A stretch of 64,000 nucleotides of DNA from Candidatus Poribacteria bacterium (GTDB lineage Bacteria; Poribacteria; WGA-4E; WGA-3G). The translations under genes and the position numbers were made by a program. The notes beneath the pieces were generated by a model, which saw nothing but the letters and a program-made list of their open reading frames with translations, had not been told where the DNA came from and ran no database searches. Positions 21,185 through 31,625 of this stretch are shown here, piece by piece. Positions within the stretch are counted from its first letter, which is position 1, and every line of letters starts with the position of its first letter. The stretch covers positions 3,008,001 through 3,072,000 of the forward strand of contig OZ240248.1 in assembly GCA_965198235.1 (NCBI GenBank), read 5' to 3'.

Positions 21185-21638
21185 ATTAGTCTTAGATGTG
21201 GTGCATCAGCGCGCAAAAACAGGCTATCAGGTGTTTCCCAAGGGACCAGATCAATTTTTTGCAGGACCGAGGACAACGGATTTCCAAGATAGCAGAATTC
21301 AGGAACAATGTAATAAAGCAGCTCTGGACATTGATGAACAAAGTATTGAGAACGTTAGAACCTTAGTACAAGATTTTTTAAAAGGACATCGTTTCATTGA
21401 CTTACTTCCCGGGCACTTCGCTTTTGGGATTATAAGGCGTTGGATAAACCACACTGTCAATGTGAGGCAAAGAATTTTAGAAGAGGATATCAGAGTGTTC
21501 CTTTCAACAGAAGTATGGCGGTTGGTGAATACTCGGGACCATAACAGTTTGAAAAGGCGGTTACGGCGTGCAGTTCGGGAAGCAGAACAAATACGCCAAG
21601 CAAATAGTAGTCAAGCACAATCAAACCCTGGTTCGTAG
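21185..21638 (+). pseudogene. C-terminal fragment of a hypothetical (DUF4435-like?) protein
   Basis: Open frame beginning at the IS3 end; DLLPGHFAFG motif; family assignment tentative. Confidence 0.4.
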
Positions 21639-21860
21639 TAGTGCGATTCATCGCACGTCAAAGATAAAATGAAACCTGAAACTTCTGACAACCGAAAAAA
21701 TATTACCATTTCCAAATACCTCATCCAAAGCAATTCAATCTTCAGTCTTCCGATTATTTTCCCCAGAGTGTCGCGACCGGGAGGTCGCTCCTACAGAAGA
21801 GGGAGTGTTTTTGCTTGGGTGTTTCCCCAGGATTCGGAGATCCCTTCTACCGAATTTTCC

Positions 21861-21889
21861 TTGCTTTATTGGCAGCGTATTGGTATAAT
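21861..21889 (+). promoter_or_regulatory. Sigma70 promoter candidate (extended -10)
   Basis: TTGCTT-N17-TATAAT with TGG immediately upstream of the -10. Confidence 0.65.
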
Positions 21890-21955
21890 TAAGGACAAAG
21901 AACCCTGAAACTTCCAGTGAACGTTCACAATCCCAAGAGAGCCCACGTTCATAGC

Positions 21956-22837
21956 ATGGTAACACAACAAAAAATCCCAGAAAGATTCTGGTGCGTTAAA
22001 CAGATAGACATCTTCCGAGACCTTGCCGAAGCAGATGCCGACGCGCTTGCACGGATAACGACTTTCGGACAGTTAAAACATGGAGACACGCTCTCTGCCG
22101 AAGGCGTTTACCTATTGAAGGAAGGTCGCATCAAGATTTATCAAACACCGCCTGAAGGTGACGCTATCACCTTAGACGTGTTGGAGCCCGGTGAATTCTT
22201 TGGGGCAGTGAAATGGGAAAATAACGATACACACCCGAACGTCACGGCTGAGACACTTACAGAAGTTTCCGTTGTTGGAATCGTCACCGTCCAGAACTTC
22301 CAGTATTTTTTGAAGCGAAAACCGCACTTAGCGATGCCGTCACAGAGAACTTTAGCAAGTCTTATAAAGAGGCATCTACGTTGGCGTTCGACGGAATCAG
22401 GGAGTTATAATCTCGTAACCTCATGTCAAAAACCGCGTCGAGGAATGACGAACCCTTTTCTGAACATTGCGTTCCGAAGTCCCGCATCGCGACTCGCGCT
22501 TCTGCTACAGAACTGCGCCGATACACAGGGACGCGGAGGCACGACGATAGGACACGGTTCAAAGCGCGTCCCACATAAACTTTCGACAAAGCGGTTGGCA
22601 CAATTAATCGGCAGCTCCGTTGAAAAAATGGAGGCACTCCTAAATCAGTTTAAACAGCATCAGATAATAGAGAAACGGTTTCGGCGGATCCAGATCCTTG
22701 ATCCTTGGCAATTAAAAAAGATTGCCAACGCAAGAATGGAAACGCTACCACCTGAAACAGTCAAAAATCAAGAGAACACCCAAACTTATGAGCAAGAAGA
22801 ACCCTTATTTGCAGCTCGACCAGCAGATGGTCGGTGA
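21956..22837 (+). CDS. Crp/Fnr-family transcriptional regulator
   Basis: VYLLKEGRIKI...LEPGEFFG cNMP domain; SRLALLL...LAQLIGSS HTH. Confidence 0.8.
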   Translation: MVTQQKIPERFWCVKQIDIFRDLAEADADALARITTFGQLKHGDTLSAEGVYLLKEGRIKIYQTPPEGDAITLDVLEPGEFFGAVKWENNDTHPNVTAETLTEVSVVGIVTVQNFQYFLKRKPHLAMPSQRTLASLIKRHLRWRSTESGSYNLVTSCQKPRRGMTNPFLNIAFRSPASRLALLLQNCADTQGRGGTTIGHGSKRVPHKLSTKRLAQLIGSSVEKMEALLNQFKQHQIIEKRFRRIQILDPWQLKKIANARMETLPPETVKNQENTQTYEQEEPLFAARPADGR

Positions 22838-24167
22838 CATCTACACTTCGCAAGAAGTAATGGAAAACCTGACAGTCTTATGTGATGAATACGGTGCTCG
22901 GTTCGCCGGAACGCCGGAGGAATATGAAGCCGCGAACTTCATCGCCGCGTGTTTCAAACGTTACGGACTCCAGAACGTCAAACTTGAGACCTATCCCTAC
23001 GCGGGCTGGACGCGTGGCACGGCGACGCTTGAGGTTATCGAACCGATTCGTCGAACGTTGCACTGCATCTCGCTACCCTACTGCCCCGCTGCCGACATCA
23101 CCACTGAGCTTGTGTCGGCTGGGTATGGAAGTCCTGACGAATACACTGCACTCGGTGATACAGTTACCGATAAACTGGTTATGGCGAAGAGTGCCTCACC
23201 CCCTGATCTCGGAAGATGGGTACACCGCAAGGAGAAGTTTGAACGCACCGTGCTTGCGGGCGCAAGTGGATTCATTTTTGTCAGTGAACACCCTGGTGTC
23301 GGACCCGAAACGGGAAGCCTTCAAAATAACAGACGCGCACCCATCCCCGGTATATCCGTTTGCAAAGAGGATGGCGAATTCTTAACGCGGTTGATAGCAC
23401 GAGGAAACGGAAAAGTGACACTAAAACTCCAGACAACGGACATCAATGAACCGCGGACCTCTTGGAACGTCGTCGCAGATTTGCCCGGTAATGAAAATGC
23501 CGAAGAGATGGTGGTTGTGGGGTGCCATTACGACGGACACGATATTTCACAAGGCGCGCACGACCCCGCTTCAGGGATGGTATCTGTCATAGAAGCCGCG
23601 CGAGTCCTGTCTACCTATGCCGCTGGTTCGCTCAAGTGTACCGTCCGTTTCATCGCTTTTGGAACGGAAGAAATCGGGCTCACCGGTGCGTTTCGTTATG
23701 TTGATGCCCATGCGTCGGAGTTGGATAACATTCGGTTTATGCTCAATATGGATGCCGCAGGCGGTTCAAGCCGTAAGGGCATTGTGCTTCATCGCTGGGA
23801 CGCTTTGGAACCCTTCTTTAACACCGCCCGCGAGCAGATGCACACTGAAATGCCGGTTGGACAAAAGGTGCATTCCTACTCTGATCATTTTCCGTTTTTC
23901 CTGAAGGGTGTACCTTCAAGCCACATGGGCGATCCAGAGGCTCCGCCTGGTGGCAGAGGTTTCGGTCATACGGCTTATGATACGCTGGACAAGGTGGAAT
24001 TGGAGAATCTACGGGCTGCCAGTGCAGTCGGCGCAAGAATAGCCCTCCGCTGCGCGAGTGCCGATGATTTTCCCGCCAAACGGCGAACGTCGGAAGCCGT
24101 TCAAGAAATTGTTGATACTGACTCTGGGTTAGAGGGATATCGTATCTCTCTCAAACTGACACGCTAA
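22788..24167 (+). CDS. M28 family metallopeptidase with PA domain
   Basis: GCHYDGHD, GAHDPASG, FGTEEIGL, LNMD, SDHFPF, GHTAYDT. Confidence 0.9.
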   Translation: MSKKNPYLQLDQQMVGDIYTSQEVMENLTVLCDEYGARFAGTPEEYEAANFIAACFKRYGLQNVKLETYPYAGWTRGTATLEVIEPIRRTLHCISLPYCPAADITTELVSAGYGSPDEYTALGDTVTDKLVMAKSASPPDLGRWVHRKEKFERTVLAGASGFIFVSEHPGVGPETGSLQNNRRAPIPGISVCKEDGEFLTRLIARGNGKVTLKLQTTDINEPRTSWNVVADLPGNENAEEMVVVGCHYDGHDISQGAHDPASGMVSVIEAARVLSTYAAGSLKCTVRFIAFGTEEIGLTGAFRYVDAHASELDNIRFMLNMDAAGGSSRKGIVLHRWDALEPFFNTAREQMHTEMPVGQKVHSYSDHFPFFLKGVPSSHMGDPEAPPGGRGFGHTAYDTLDKVELENLRAASAVGARIALRCASADDFPAKRRTSEAVQEIVDTDSGLEGYRISLKLTR

Positions 24168-24201
24168 ATTTTGGAACGTGCAAGTTACGGCAAAAGGAAT
24201 T

Positions 24202-25644
24202 ATGATACGTTCGTGTCGTTGTTATAGTCGTATTCTTCTATTATGGCTATTGATTTCCTCGGTAATTGTAGATGGAACTTGGTACCGAGCCTACAGTGCA
24301 GAGTCCAGTAGGGGCGAGGTTACCTCGTCCATACGACAAAACGCGGTCACGGCATCGCGGCGCACCGCGATTGTCACAGCAGTAGCGAAAGCGAGTCCCG
24401 CAGTCGTCAATATCAGTGCTGTTCGGAGTGTTGAAACACGAACATCTTTTGATGAATGGTTCTGGGGCGAGATCACCTATCCTCGTAGACGTGCCTTACG
24501 AGAGGTCGGTTCTGGAGTTATCGTTGATAAAAACGGACACATCCTGACCAACTATCACGTCATCAGAGATGCCGATAAAATTACCGTCACTATTTCTGAT
24601 GGACGGGAATTCGGGGCACAGGTCGTCGGATATGACCTTTTCTCAGATCTTGCCCTCTTGGAGGTTGATACAGATGGGCTATTCCTACCAGAAATTCAGT
24701 GGGGAGATTCGGATTCCCTTTTGATAGGTGAGTGGGTAGTTGCGATCGGAAATCCTTTCGGTTTATCGATAGGCGATGCCCAACCGACGGTCACAGTTGG
24801 TATTGTGAGCGCAACACGGCGAACGCTCACTGTTGAAGATCTGTATCATGAAGATCTGATTCAAACGGACGCTTCCATTAATCCCGGCAACAGTGGCGGT
24901 GCGTTAGTGAACATCCACGGTGAACTCATCGGTATAAATACTGTCATCCGTTCAACCAGCGGCGGTTCACAGGGTGTCGGTTTCGCGATTCCGGTCAACA
25001 AAGCAAAAAGGGTCCTAAAACAGATTACCGAGTATGGCAGTGTTATTCCACCCTACTTTGCCTTGGAGATACAGCCCGTAACTGAAGAGTTGGCAGAAAA
25101 GTTGTCAATGTCGCGCAACACTGGGGTTTTGGTATCGGAAATAGGTAAACGCAGCCCTATTGCTGATGCAGGCATTAAACGCGGAGATGTCATTGTAGCC
25201 ATTTCCGGACAACGGATAAAGGACGAACAGGACTTTAACGCCCGCACGCGTCTACTCCCACTCAATCAACCTGTCCAGTGTGAGTTCATCCGCCGTGGAA
25301 AAAGGCGACAGACTGAATTCACACTGAAAACCCTACAATGGAATTATGCACCATCCGGATGGGGTATAGCACTTGCCCAGCCTGATAAGGCGATGGCACG
25401 CAAATATAAGCAGCGCGGTGTTATTGTCACGCACGTTGAAAAAAACAGCGGGTTGGCGAGCGCGCTGGAACGTGGGGATTTTATCTACCAAATTGACAAT
25501 ACCATAATTCATTCGCTTGAAATTTTTAAAATTGTTGATGACCATATCCGCACCCAAAATAGAGCGCAAGTCTATTTTGAACGAGATGGAGTCTATCAAG
25601 CCGTTCCCGTCACTTTTTTTAATAGAAACAATCGGCGGAGATAA
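24202..25644 (+). CDS. HtrA/DegP-like serine protease with PDZ domain(s)
   Basis: GSGVIV, LTNYHV, DLALL, IQTDASINPGNSGG, GIKRGDVI. Confidence 0.92.
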   Translation: MIRSCRCYSRILLLWLLISSVIVDGTWYRAYSAESSRGEVTSSIRQNAVTASRRTAIVTAVAKASPAVVNISAVRSVETRTSFDEWFWGEITYPRRRALREVGSGVIVDKNGHILTNYHVIRDADKITVTISDGREFGAQVVGYDLFSDLALLEVDTDGLFLPEIQWGDSDSLLIGEWVVAIGNPFGLSIGDAQPTVTVGIVSATRRTLTVEDLYHEDLIQTDASINPGNSGGALVNIHGELIGINTVIRSTSGGSQGVGFAIPVNKAKRVLKQITEYGSVIPPYFALEIQPVTEELAEKLSMSRNTGVLVSEIGKRSPIADAGIKRGDVIVAISGQRIKDEQDFNARTRLLPLNQPVQCEFIRRGKRRQTEFTLKTLQWNYAPSGWGIALAQPDKAMARKYKQRGVIVTHVEKNSGLASALERGDFIYQIDNTIIHSLEIFKIVDDHIRTQNRAQVYFERDGVYQAVPVTFFNRNNRRR

Positions 25645-25822
25645 GTGTTTTTATAATCTTAACCATCAACTCGTGCTTTAACACTTATAACGGAGGCGAG
25701 TTGAGGGTTAAAGTTAACAGTTTTCAGTTTTCAGTTAAGAGATTTTAATGTAACAATTCACCAGTTCTTGGAGTATTCCAAGTTAGGGTAGATTTTTACA
25801 GAATAGTTATCAGAGGGAATGA

Positions 25823-25951
25823 TTATCAGTCATCAGTTATCGGTTATCGGTTAAAGAGGTGCTTTGTTTAACCAAGGGGAAACACCCTATCAAAAACACC
25901 TCTTTTAACTCTCACTGCGAGGCAAACTGACAACTGACAACTGATAACTAT
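25823..25951. repeat. Heptamer-flanked hairpin element (family H) with two nested inserts
   Basis: tatcagt/tatcggt heptamers, aaagaggtg...cacctcttt, actgaca heptamers; inserts at 25877-25897 and 25911-25924. Confidence 0.7.
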
Positions 25952-25957
25952 AAAAAT

Positions 25958-26674
25958 ATGAAATTACAACTACCGACACTCATCGCCGTCTGTCTTGCTA
26001 TCCTGCTCATTGGTGGTATCTACTTCTTCGGTAGAGACAAGGCAGAATTGGGAATCGCCGTTAATTTGGAAAGTGAAGAATTCAAGCAACTCTGCACGCA
26101 TGCCACTGATGCATTCAACGCCGGGAAATATCAACAAGCCATTGAACTTTACAGCGACGCGTTAAAGATGCGTCCCGAAAACGCTGAAGTCTATAACGAC
26201 CTCGGAACCGTCTACTACGAGCAAGGTCTCAGATACGCCGGACCGAGTTGGCCCTCGTGGGAAAAAGAGTTGAGGGAAGACTCCGTTGATCAGGCAATCG
26301 CGGAACTTAAAGTCGCTGTCGACAAAACGGGGTCGGGTGCCGTCATGTTCAAAACACGAGACGAAACGGTCGCTGATGCCATTGAAGAAGAGGCAAAACA
26401 ACTCGGCGGAGGTGTATATAGACAGCGTTGGGAAAATGAAACAACGCTTAACGTTCTAATTGGACAAACGAAAGTCTATATGCTGCGCGCTCGCGACCAT
26501 TACATCCGTGCTTTGGATCTGAAACCTACGCATAGTGTCGCTTATCGCAACCTCGGTTCATTTTATATGAAGGTAGGCAGAACCGATAAAGCACTCGATT
26601 ACTATCAAGAGGCGTACAGGTTAGATCCAAGGGATGCCGAGTTAGAAGAATACCTGAATCAGTTCCGAAAGTAA
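25958..26674 (+). CDS. Membrane-anchored TPR protein
   Basis: N-terminal hydrophobic helix; AEVYNDLGTVYY and AYRNLGSFY...ALDYYQEAYRLDP TPRs. Confidence 0.8.
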   Translation: MKLQLPTLIAVCLAILLIGGIYFFGRDKAELGIAVNLESEEFKQLCTHATDAFNAGKYQQAIELYSDALKMRPENAEVYNDLGTVYYEQGLRYAGPSWPSWEKELREDSVDQAIAELKVAVDKTGSGAVMFKTRDETVADAIEEEAKQLGGGVYRQRWENETTLNVLIGQTKVYMLRARDHYIRALDLKPTHSVAYRNLGSFYMKVGRTDKALDYYQEAYRLDPRDAELEEYLNQFRK

Positions 26675-26881
26675 TTTTTAACTATTAAATCTGGGCATCG
26701 TTCCAAATGTAAAGCATTCTCACTGCGAAGCAAAATTATGCCATTTAAGGAAACCTAATTTCGTTCCACGATGGTTTCTGGTTAAGTACGAAAGGGTTTC
26801 AGCGAACCTGCCCGGTTTGCATTGCACCAAAAACCTGCCTGAAACGAAGTGGAAGGCAGCCCAGGAGCAATAAATTAAAAA
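26675..26881. repeat. Intergenic-filling MITE-like element (family A)
   Basis: Begins right after TAA (tttttaactattaaatctgggcatcgttcc) and ends ggaaggcagcccaggagcaataaattaaaaa before ATG. Confidence 0.8.
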
Positions 26882-29800
26882 ATGCATCACAAACGCTGCC
26901 CAAATTGTGGGTTCTTGAACCCGCCGTTCAAATTTTGCGGTGAATGTGGAACGTCCCTTGATAGTCCCTCACGTCCACGTCAAATTCCAGCAGTAGATAC
27001 CGCTGTCATGGAACAAGTATTACCGCATGGGGCAGAACGCCGCCAGTTAACCGTCCTTTTCTGTGATATTGTCGACTCCACCGCATTCACCGAAAAATTG
27101 GATCCCGAAGAACTCCGAAATCTTTTAGAGGTATACCGGACATGTATCATGGAGGTGGTTTTAGCACAAAATGGACATATCGCACGTTACTTTGGTGATG
27201 GTATCCTTGTTTATTTCGGTTACCCAATTACACACGAAGACGCAGCACACCGCGCCGTCCGAGCCGCGTTAGGTATTGTTGCCGCTATTGAGACGCTGAA
27301 CCCGTATCTCCAGGCTACCTTTGGCGTGGAAATCAACGTCCGACTTAGTATTGATACAGGGCTTGTTGTCGTCTGGCATATATCGGCGGAAGAATCTCCC
27401 GAGGCAATTGACATCGTCGGTAAAACGCCAAATGTCGCCGCAAGGATGCAAAAGTTAGCAACGCCGAACGGCATTGTCATTGGTGATACGACACATCAAT
27501 TGGTTGATGGCTTTTTTAACACCGCTGCACTCGGTGCTTCCCCACTTCGTGGCATTTCGCAACCCGTGAATGTGTATCAGGTGTCAGGTGAAATTCCTGC
27601 ACAGAGCCGATTGGATATTGCCAGCGAAAGTGGATTAACCCCTTTAATCGGGCGCGAGCGCGAGGTTGAATCACTCAAGCAGAGTTGGGCACAGGTACTG
27701 GCATCTAAAGGGCAAGCACTGCTTATTGAGGGGGAAGCCGGCATCGGAAAGTCAAGGTGTTTGCAACTCATTCAAGAGTCCGTCGAGCATCACCCAGAAG
27801 CAGTGACCATGGAATGCAGATGCTCGCCCTATTACCAGAACAGTCCGCTCTATCCTATTCTTTCGCTGTTCCAAGAGCACGTTGTACAGTTTACCAACAC
27901 CGATACCGCACAGACGCACCTTGACAAACTTGAGAATTTACTGCGCGACTACAACATCCCAACCGTCGGAGGTGATACGGCGTCCCTTTCAAATTCAGAT
28001 CGTGAAGTACAAGAGCATACGCCGGAGACCCTGCCACTTCTTGCCGAATTATTGGAGATACCTTTTGAGGTGCAACAACAAACGGTAACCGGTGTAGGCA
28101 CTCGCCCCTACGGTAGACCCGTTGAACAGGCCACATATCCATCAGGTTGGGGACGCCGACAGCGCCGACAGCAGACTTTGGAAGTGCTTGTTCAAGTCCT
28201 ACTGAAGATGGCTGAACAAAAGCCGATACTTTTTGTCGTTGAAGATCTCCACTGGATTGACCCCTCCAGCATAGAATTTCTTACACTCTTGATTACACGG
28301 ATCGAAAATGCTCGGATTTTCGCAGTTTTGTCCTGTCGCTCTGGTACGCAACCCTATAGACATGTTGAAGAAACACCCAAGCAAAAACCCCCGCTGGGGC
28401 TGAAGGGGGAAGGGCGAGAGATGGGCACGCCACACGGGAGTCGGGAATCGGAGTTCTCTCCTACCGAAATTCTGGATGGAGAAGTGCTGGAGCAACTTCT
28501 ACATCCAGAGTGGGCAAATGCGCTGACGTTGGCAGCACTCACGCCTCCGCAGGTGGAGGAGATGATTCAGCACGTCGCAGGGGACACAGCACTGCCATCG
28601 GAGGTGTTGACACGGATTATCGAAATGACCGAGGGTGTCCCTCTATTTGTTGAGGAACTCACCCAGATGATGCTTGAAAATGTATCGGGGTTACAAACCC
28701 CTCCCACATCTGAGGTGTCCGATGGAACAGATCCACATTCTCAAACAATGGAGGTGCCTGTAACGCTACAGGATTTACTGACAGCGAGATTAGACGAACT
28801 CGGTGCTGCGAAGGAGATCGTCCAACTCGGTGCAACGCTTGGAAGGGAATGGACAGCTGAATTATTACACGAGATTGCTTCTGGGATTGATCTGGAAAAT
28901 CGTCTTTTCACTGATTTCGCCTCGTTGAAAGGTGAATTGAACAAACTCGTAAACGCCTACATCCTCAATCGAAATCAGGTGGCTGACAATCAACTACGCT
29001 ATACGTTCCGACATCCGCTCCTGCGTGAGACAGCGTATCAATCTCTACTCAGGAGTAGGCGACAGCAGTACCATCAACAGATTGCAGAGGTGTTGCAAGG
29101 CGGTGGCGGTTTCCAACCCGAGTTGGTGGCACATCATTACACCGAAGCAGGTCTCCCTGAAAAAGCGATTGACTATTGGCACCGTGCCGGGCAACGTGCA
29201 CTTGAGCGTTCTGCAAACGTGGAGGGTATTCGCCATATCACACAGGGGCTTGCGGCACTTGAGGAACTTTCGACGAACGCCAGCGCACGAGAGTTGGAGG
29301 CTACCGCTCAGCGAGAATTGGAGCTGCAAACGATTCTGGGTAGCGCGCTCATTGCGACAAAAGGGTATGCCGCACCGGAAGTCGAGGTCGCCTATACGCG
29401 GGCGAGGGAGCTACTGGAAACACTTGAAAGTAAGGAACCGACCTTAGAAGGAAACACTGATTCTTCACTTGACCGCATAAAAGATCTCCGCTTTCCGATT
29501 CTGTTTGGATTATGGCTCTCTCATCTCGTGCGTGGACGATTCCTCTCTGCACGTGAACTCGGTGAACAGTGCTTTGTAATTGCCAAGCAAGTCGGAGACC
29601 CAGCTTTCGAGGTAGAGGCGCATCGAGCCCTCGGTGCAACGCTTTACTATTTAAGTGAATTCAAAGATGCATTAGCACATCTTGAGGCAGGAATTGAACT
29701 CTATCAACCGCAGCACCACCCGGTCCCGACATTTCTGCACTTCGTAGCCGATCCCGGGATGACGCTGCTCGCCTATTCTGCACCGCTCTTATGGTGTCTT

Positions 29801-30574
29801 GGCTATCCTCTGCAAGCAGAAGAACGACTTGCCGAAGCCGCAAGGATTGGAAGGGACAGAAGCCATCCTTTTAGTGATGCTGTGTTGCTCCATTTTAAAG
29901 CTGTGCTTTATCAACATCAAGATGAAGTAGAGGAAGTGGAGACCACCGCAACGCAGATGCTACAGATATGTCAAGAGCATGGATTTTCCCTTTGGGAAGC
30001 CGCCGCAACGGTGATGAAGGGTTGGGCACTCACAGAACTGAATCACTCAGAAGAGGGCATCGCGATGATACGTAAGGGCATTGCCGCATGGGAAAAGACA
30101 AGGGCTGAATTGCAACTACCGCTCTTTCTTGCACTGCTTGCACAAGCATATCAACGCGCAGGACAGTATACATTAGCCTTGCAAACACTTGATTCTGCCT
30201 TGAGTGTTGTCACACGAACAGGCGAGCGCGCCTATGATGCGGAACTCACTCGGCGGAAAGGCGAACTCTGTCTCGTCCTCGGTAAAGAGACCGAGATTGT
30301 TGGCGGAAAGGACACGACTTCTACTGTTGTAAAGGCTGAATCCTATTTTCAGGAGGCATTAGCGATAGCGCGCCGCCAAGGCGCAAAATCATGGGAGCTC
30401 CGAGCCGCTCTCAGTTTGAGCGAATTGTGGTGCACGCAAGACCGTTGTCGGGAAGCGTACAATTTGCTGAGACCGATATATCTATGGTTTTCGGAAGGTT
30501 TTGATACGAAAGACCTCCGACAGGCGAAACACCTGTTGAAAAAGCTGCAGGAAGTTAATCATAGCAACAAGTAA
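26882..30574 (+). CDS. Zn-ribbon + class III adenylate/guanylate cyclase + AAA ATPase + TPR protein
   Basis: CPNC/CGEC; ERRQLTVLFCDIVDST, GDGILVYFGYP, PNVAARMQ; GEAGIGKS, VVEDLHWID; WELRAA...WFSEGFDT. Confidence 0.92.
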   Translation: MHHKRCPNCGFLNPPFKFCGECGTSLDSPSRPRQIPAVDTAVMEQVLPHGAERRQLTVLFCDIVDSTAFTEKLDPEELRNLLEVYRTCIMEVVLAQNGHIARYFGDGILVYFGYPITHEDAAHRAVRAALGIVAAIETLNPYLQATFGVEINVRLSIDTGLVVVWHISAEESPEAIDIVGKTPNVAARMQKLATPNGIVIGDTTHQLVDGFFNTAALGASPLRGISQPVNVYQVSGEIPAQSRLDIASESGLTPLIGREREVESLKQSWAQVLASKGQALLIEGEAGIGKSRCLQLIQESVEHHPEAVTMECRCSPYYQNSPLYPILSLFQEHVVQFTNTDTAQTHLDKLENLLRDYNIPTVGGDTASLSNSDREVQEHTPETLPLLAELLEIPFEVQQQTVTGVGTRPYGRPVEQATYPSGWGRRQRRQQTLEVLVQVLLKMAEQKPILFVVEDLHWIDPSSIEFLTLLITRIENARIFAVLSCRSGTQPYRHVEETPKQKPPLGLKGEGREMGTPHGSRESEFSPTEILDGEVLEQLLHPEWANALTLAALTPPQVEEMIQHVAGDTALPSEVLTRIIEMTEGVPLFVEELTQMMLENVSGLQTPPTSEVSDGTDPHSQTMEVPVTLQDLLTARLDELGAAKEIVQLGATLGREWTAELLHEIASGIDLENRLFTDFASLKGELNKLVNAYILNRNQVADNQLRYTFRHPLLRETAYQSLLRSRRQQYHQQIAEVLQGGGGFQPELVAHHYTEAGLPEKAIDYWHRAGQRALERSANVEGIRHITQGLAALEELSTNASARELEATAQRELELQTILGSALIATKGYAAPEVEVAYTRARELLETLESKEPTLEGNTDSSLDRIKDLRFPILFGLWLSHLVRGRFLSARELGEQCFVIAKQVGDPAFEVEAHRALGATLYYLSEFKDALAHLEAGIELYQPQHHPVPTFLHFVADPGMTLLAYSAPLLWCLGYPLQAEERLAEAARIGRDRSHPFSDAVLLHFKAVLYQHQDEVEEVETTATQMLQICQEHGFSLWEAAATVMKGWALTELNHSEEGIAMIRKGIAAWEKTRAELQLPLFLALLAQAYQRAGQYTLALQTLDSALSVVTRTGERAYDAELTRRKGELCLVLGKETEIVGGKDTTSTVVKAESYFQEALAIARRQGAKSWELRAALSLSELWCTQDRCREAYNLLRPIYLWFSEGFDTKDLRQAKHLLKKLQEVNHSNK

Positions 30575-30714
30575 ACAGAATCGTTCAGTTTTCCCGTAGG
30601 AGGATCTCCGAATCCCGACTTCTGATGACTGATAACTGAGAACTATGTAGGAGGGATCTCCGAATCCCGACTCTTGCTGACGGCTAACTGACAACTATTT
30701 GGGAGGGGAACATT

Positions 30715-31575
30715 ATGAGACTTGGCGTTGTTGGGCTCTGTGGGGACTTTTGCACCCTCACATCGGATGAGATCGCAAAAATCAAAGCGTTAGAGTTTAC
30801 CGGTTTAAGTTTCCATTTCCGCAGCGCCGAGATTCCATCTGTACCGCCAGATGCTGATACCCGCTGTGTGCAAATGTTAGAAGCCGCGGAACTTGACCTT
30901 GTGCAATTCGGCATAACTTACGAGGAATGCCTTTTTCATCCAAATGCCGCTGTCCGAAAAGCAGGTATTGCCAGCGTCCAACGCGGCATGGCAACCGCTG
31001 CCTCTCTCAATGCACACCATTATCTATTTCGTGCAGGTAGCCTCAACCCTGATGGTGCTTGGACATCCCATCGAGATAACCATCTACCAGAATCGATGGA
31101 ACGGTTGATTGACACTTTGAAACCAATTGCAGAACATGCCGAACGGCACGAACTGACCCTTGTTATGGAAACACATGCAGTTTCAATTATGGATTCACCA
31201 GAAACCTGTCGCGAGGTGGTGGAGCGTGTCGGTTCCGAAAGGCTTCGCATTGTCATGGATTTCGTCAATCACTTTCAAACACTTCGACAGGTCTATGAGA
31301 GCGAGGCACGGCTTAACCACATTTTCGATGTCATGGGACCGGTCGCGCCGATGGCGCATATCAAAGACATCAGCGTGCAGAACGGTTTGGTCCTCCATCT
31401 CGATGAAGAGGTACCCGGCGAGGGTGAATTGGCACTTGGTGTAGCATTAAAACGTTTTGACGCACTCTATCCCGATGGCTACGGATTGATAGAACATCTC
31501 CCTGCGGAGAAAATCCCACTCGCGAACGCGAATGTCCGGCGAATTGCCGCCGAAAACGGAGTCCATATTTTTTAA
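30715..31575 (+). CDS. Sugar phosphate isomerase/epimerase (xylose isomerase-like TIM barrel)
   Basis: LVMETH, MDFVN, AHIKD, PGEG, LIEH. Confidence 0.85.
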   Translation: MRLGVVGLCGDFCTLTSDEIAKIKALEFTGLSFHFRSAEIPSVPPDADTRCVQMLEAAELDLVQFGITYEECLFHPNAAVRKAGIASVQRGMATAASLNAHHYLFRAGSLNPDGAWTSHRDNHLPESMERLIDTLKPIAEHAERHELTLVMETHAVSIMDSPETCREVVERVGSERLRIVMDFVNHFQTLRQVYESEARLNHIFDVMGPVAPMAHIKDISVQNGLVLHLDEEVPGEGELALGVALKRFDALYPDGYGLIEHLPAEKIPLANANVRRIAAENGVHIF

Positions 31576-31625
31576 ACTGTTTTTTACTTATTAAGCTCCT
31601 GGACATCGTTTCACGATGGTGTCCG

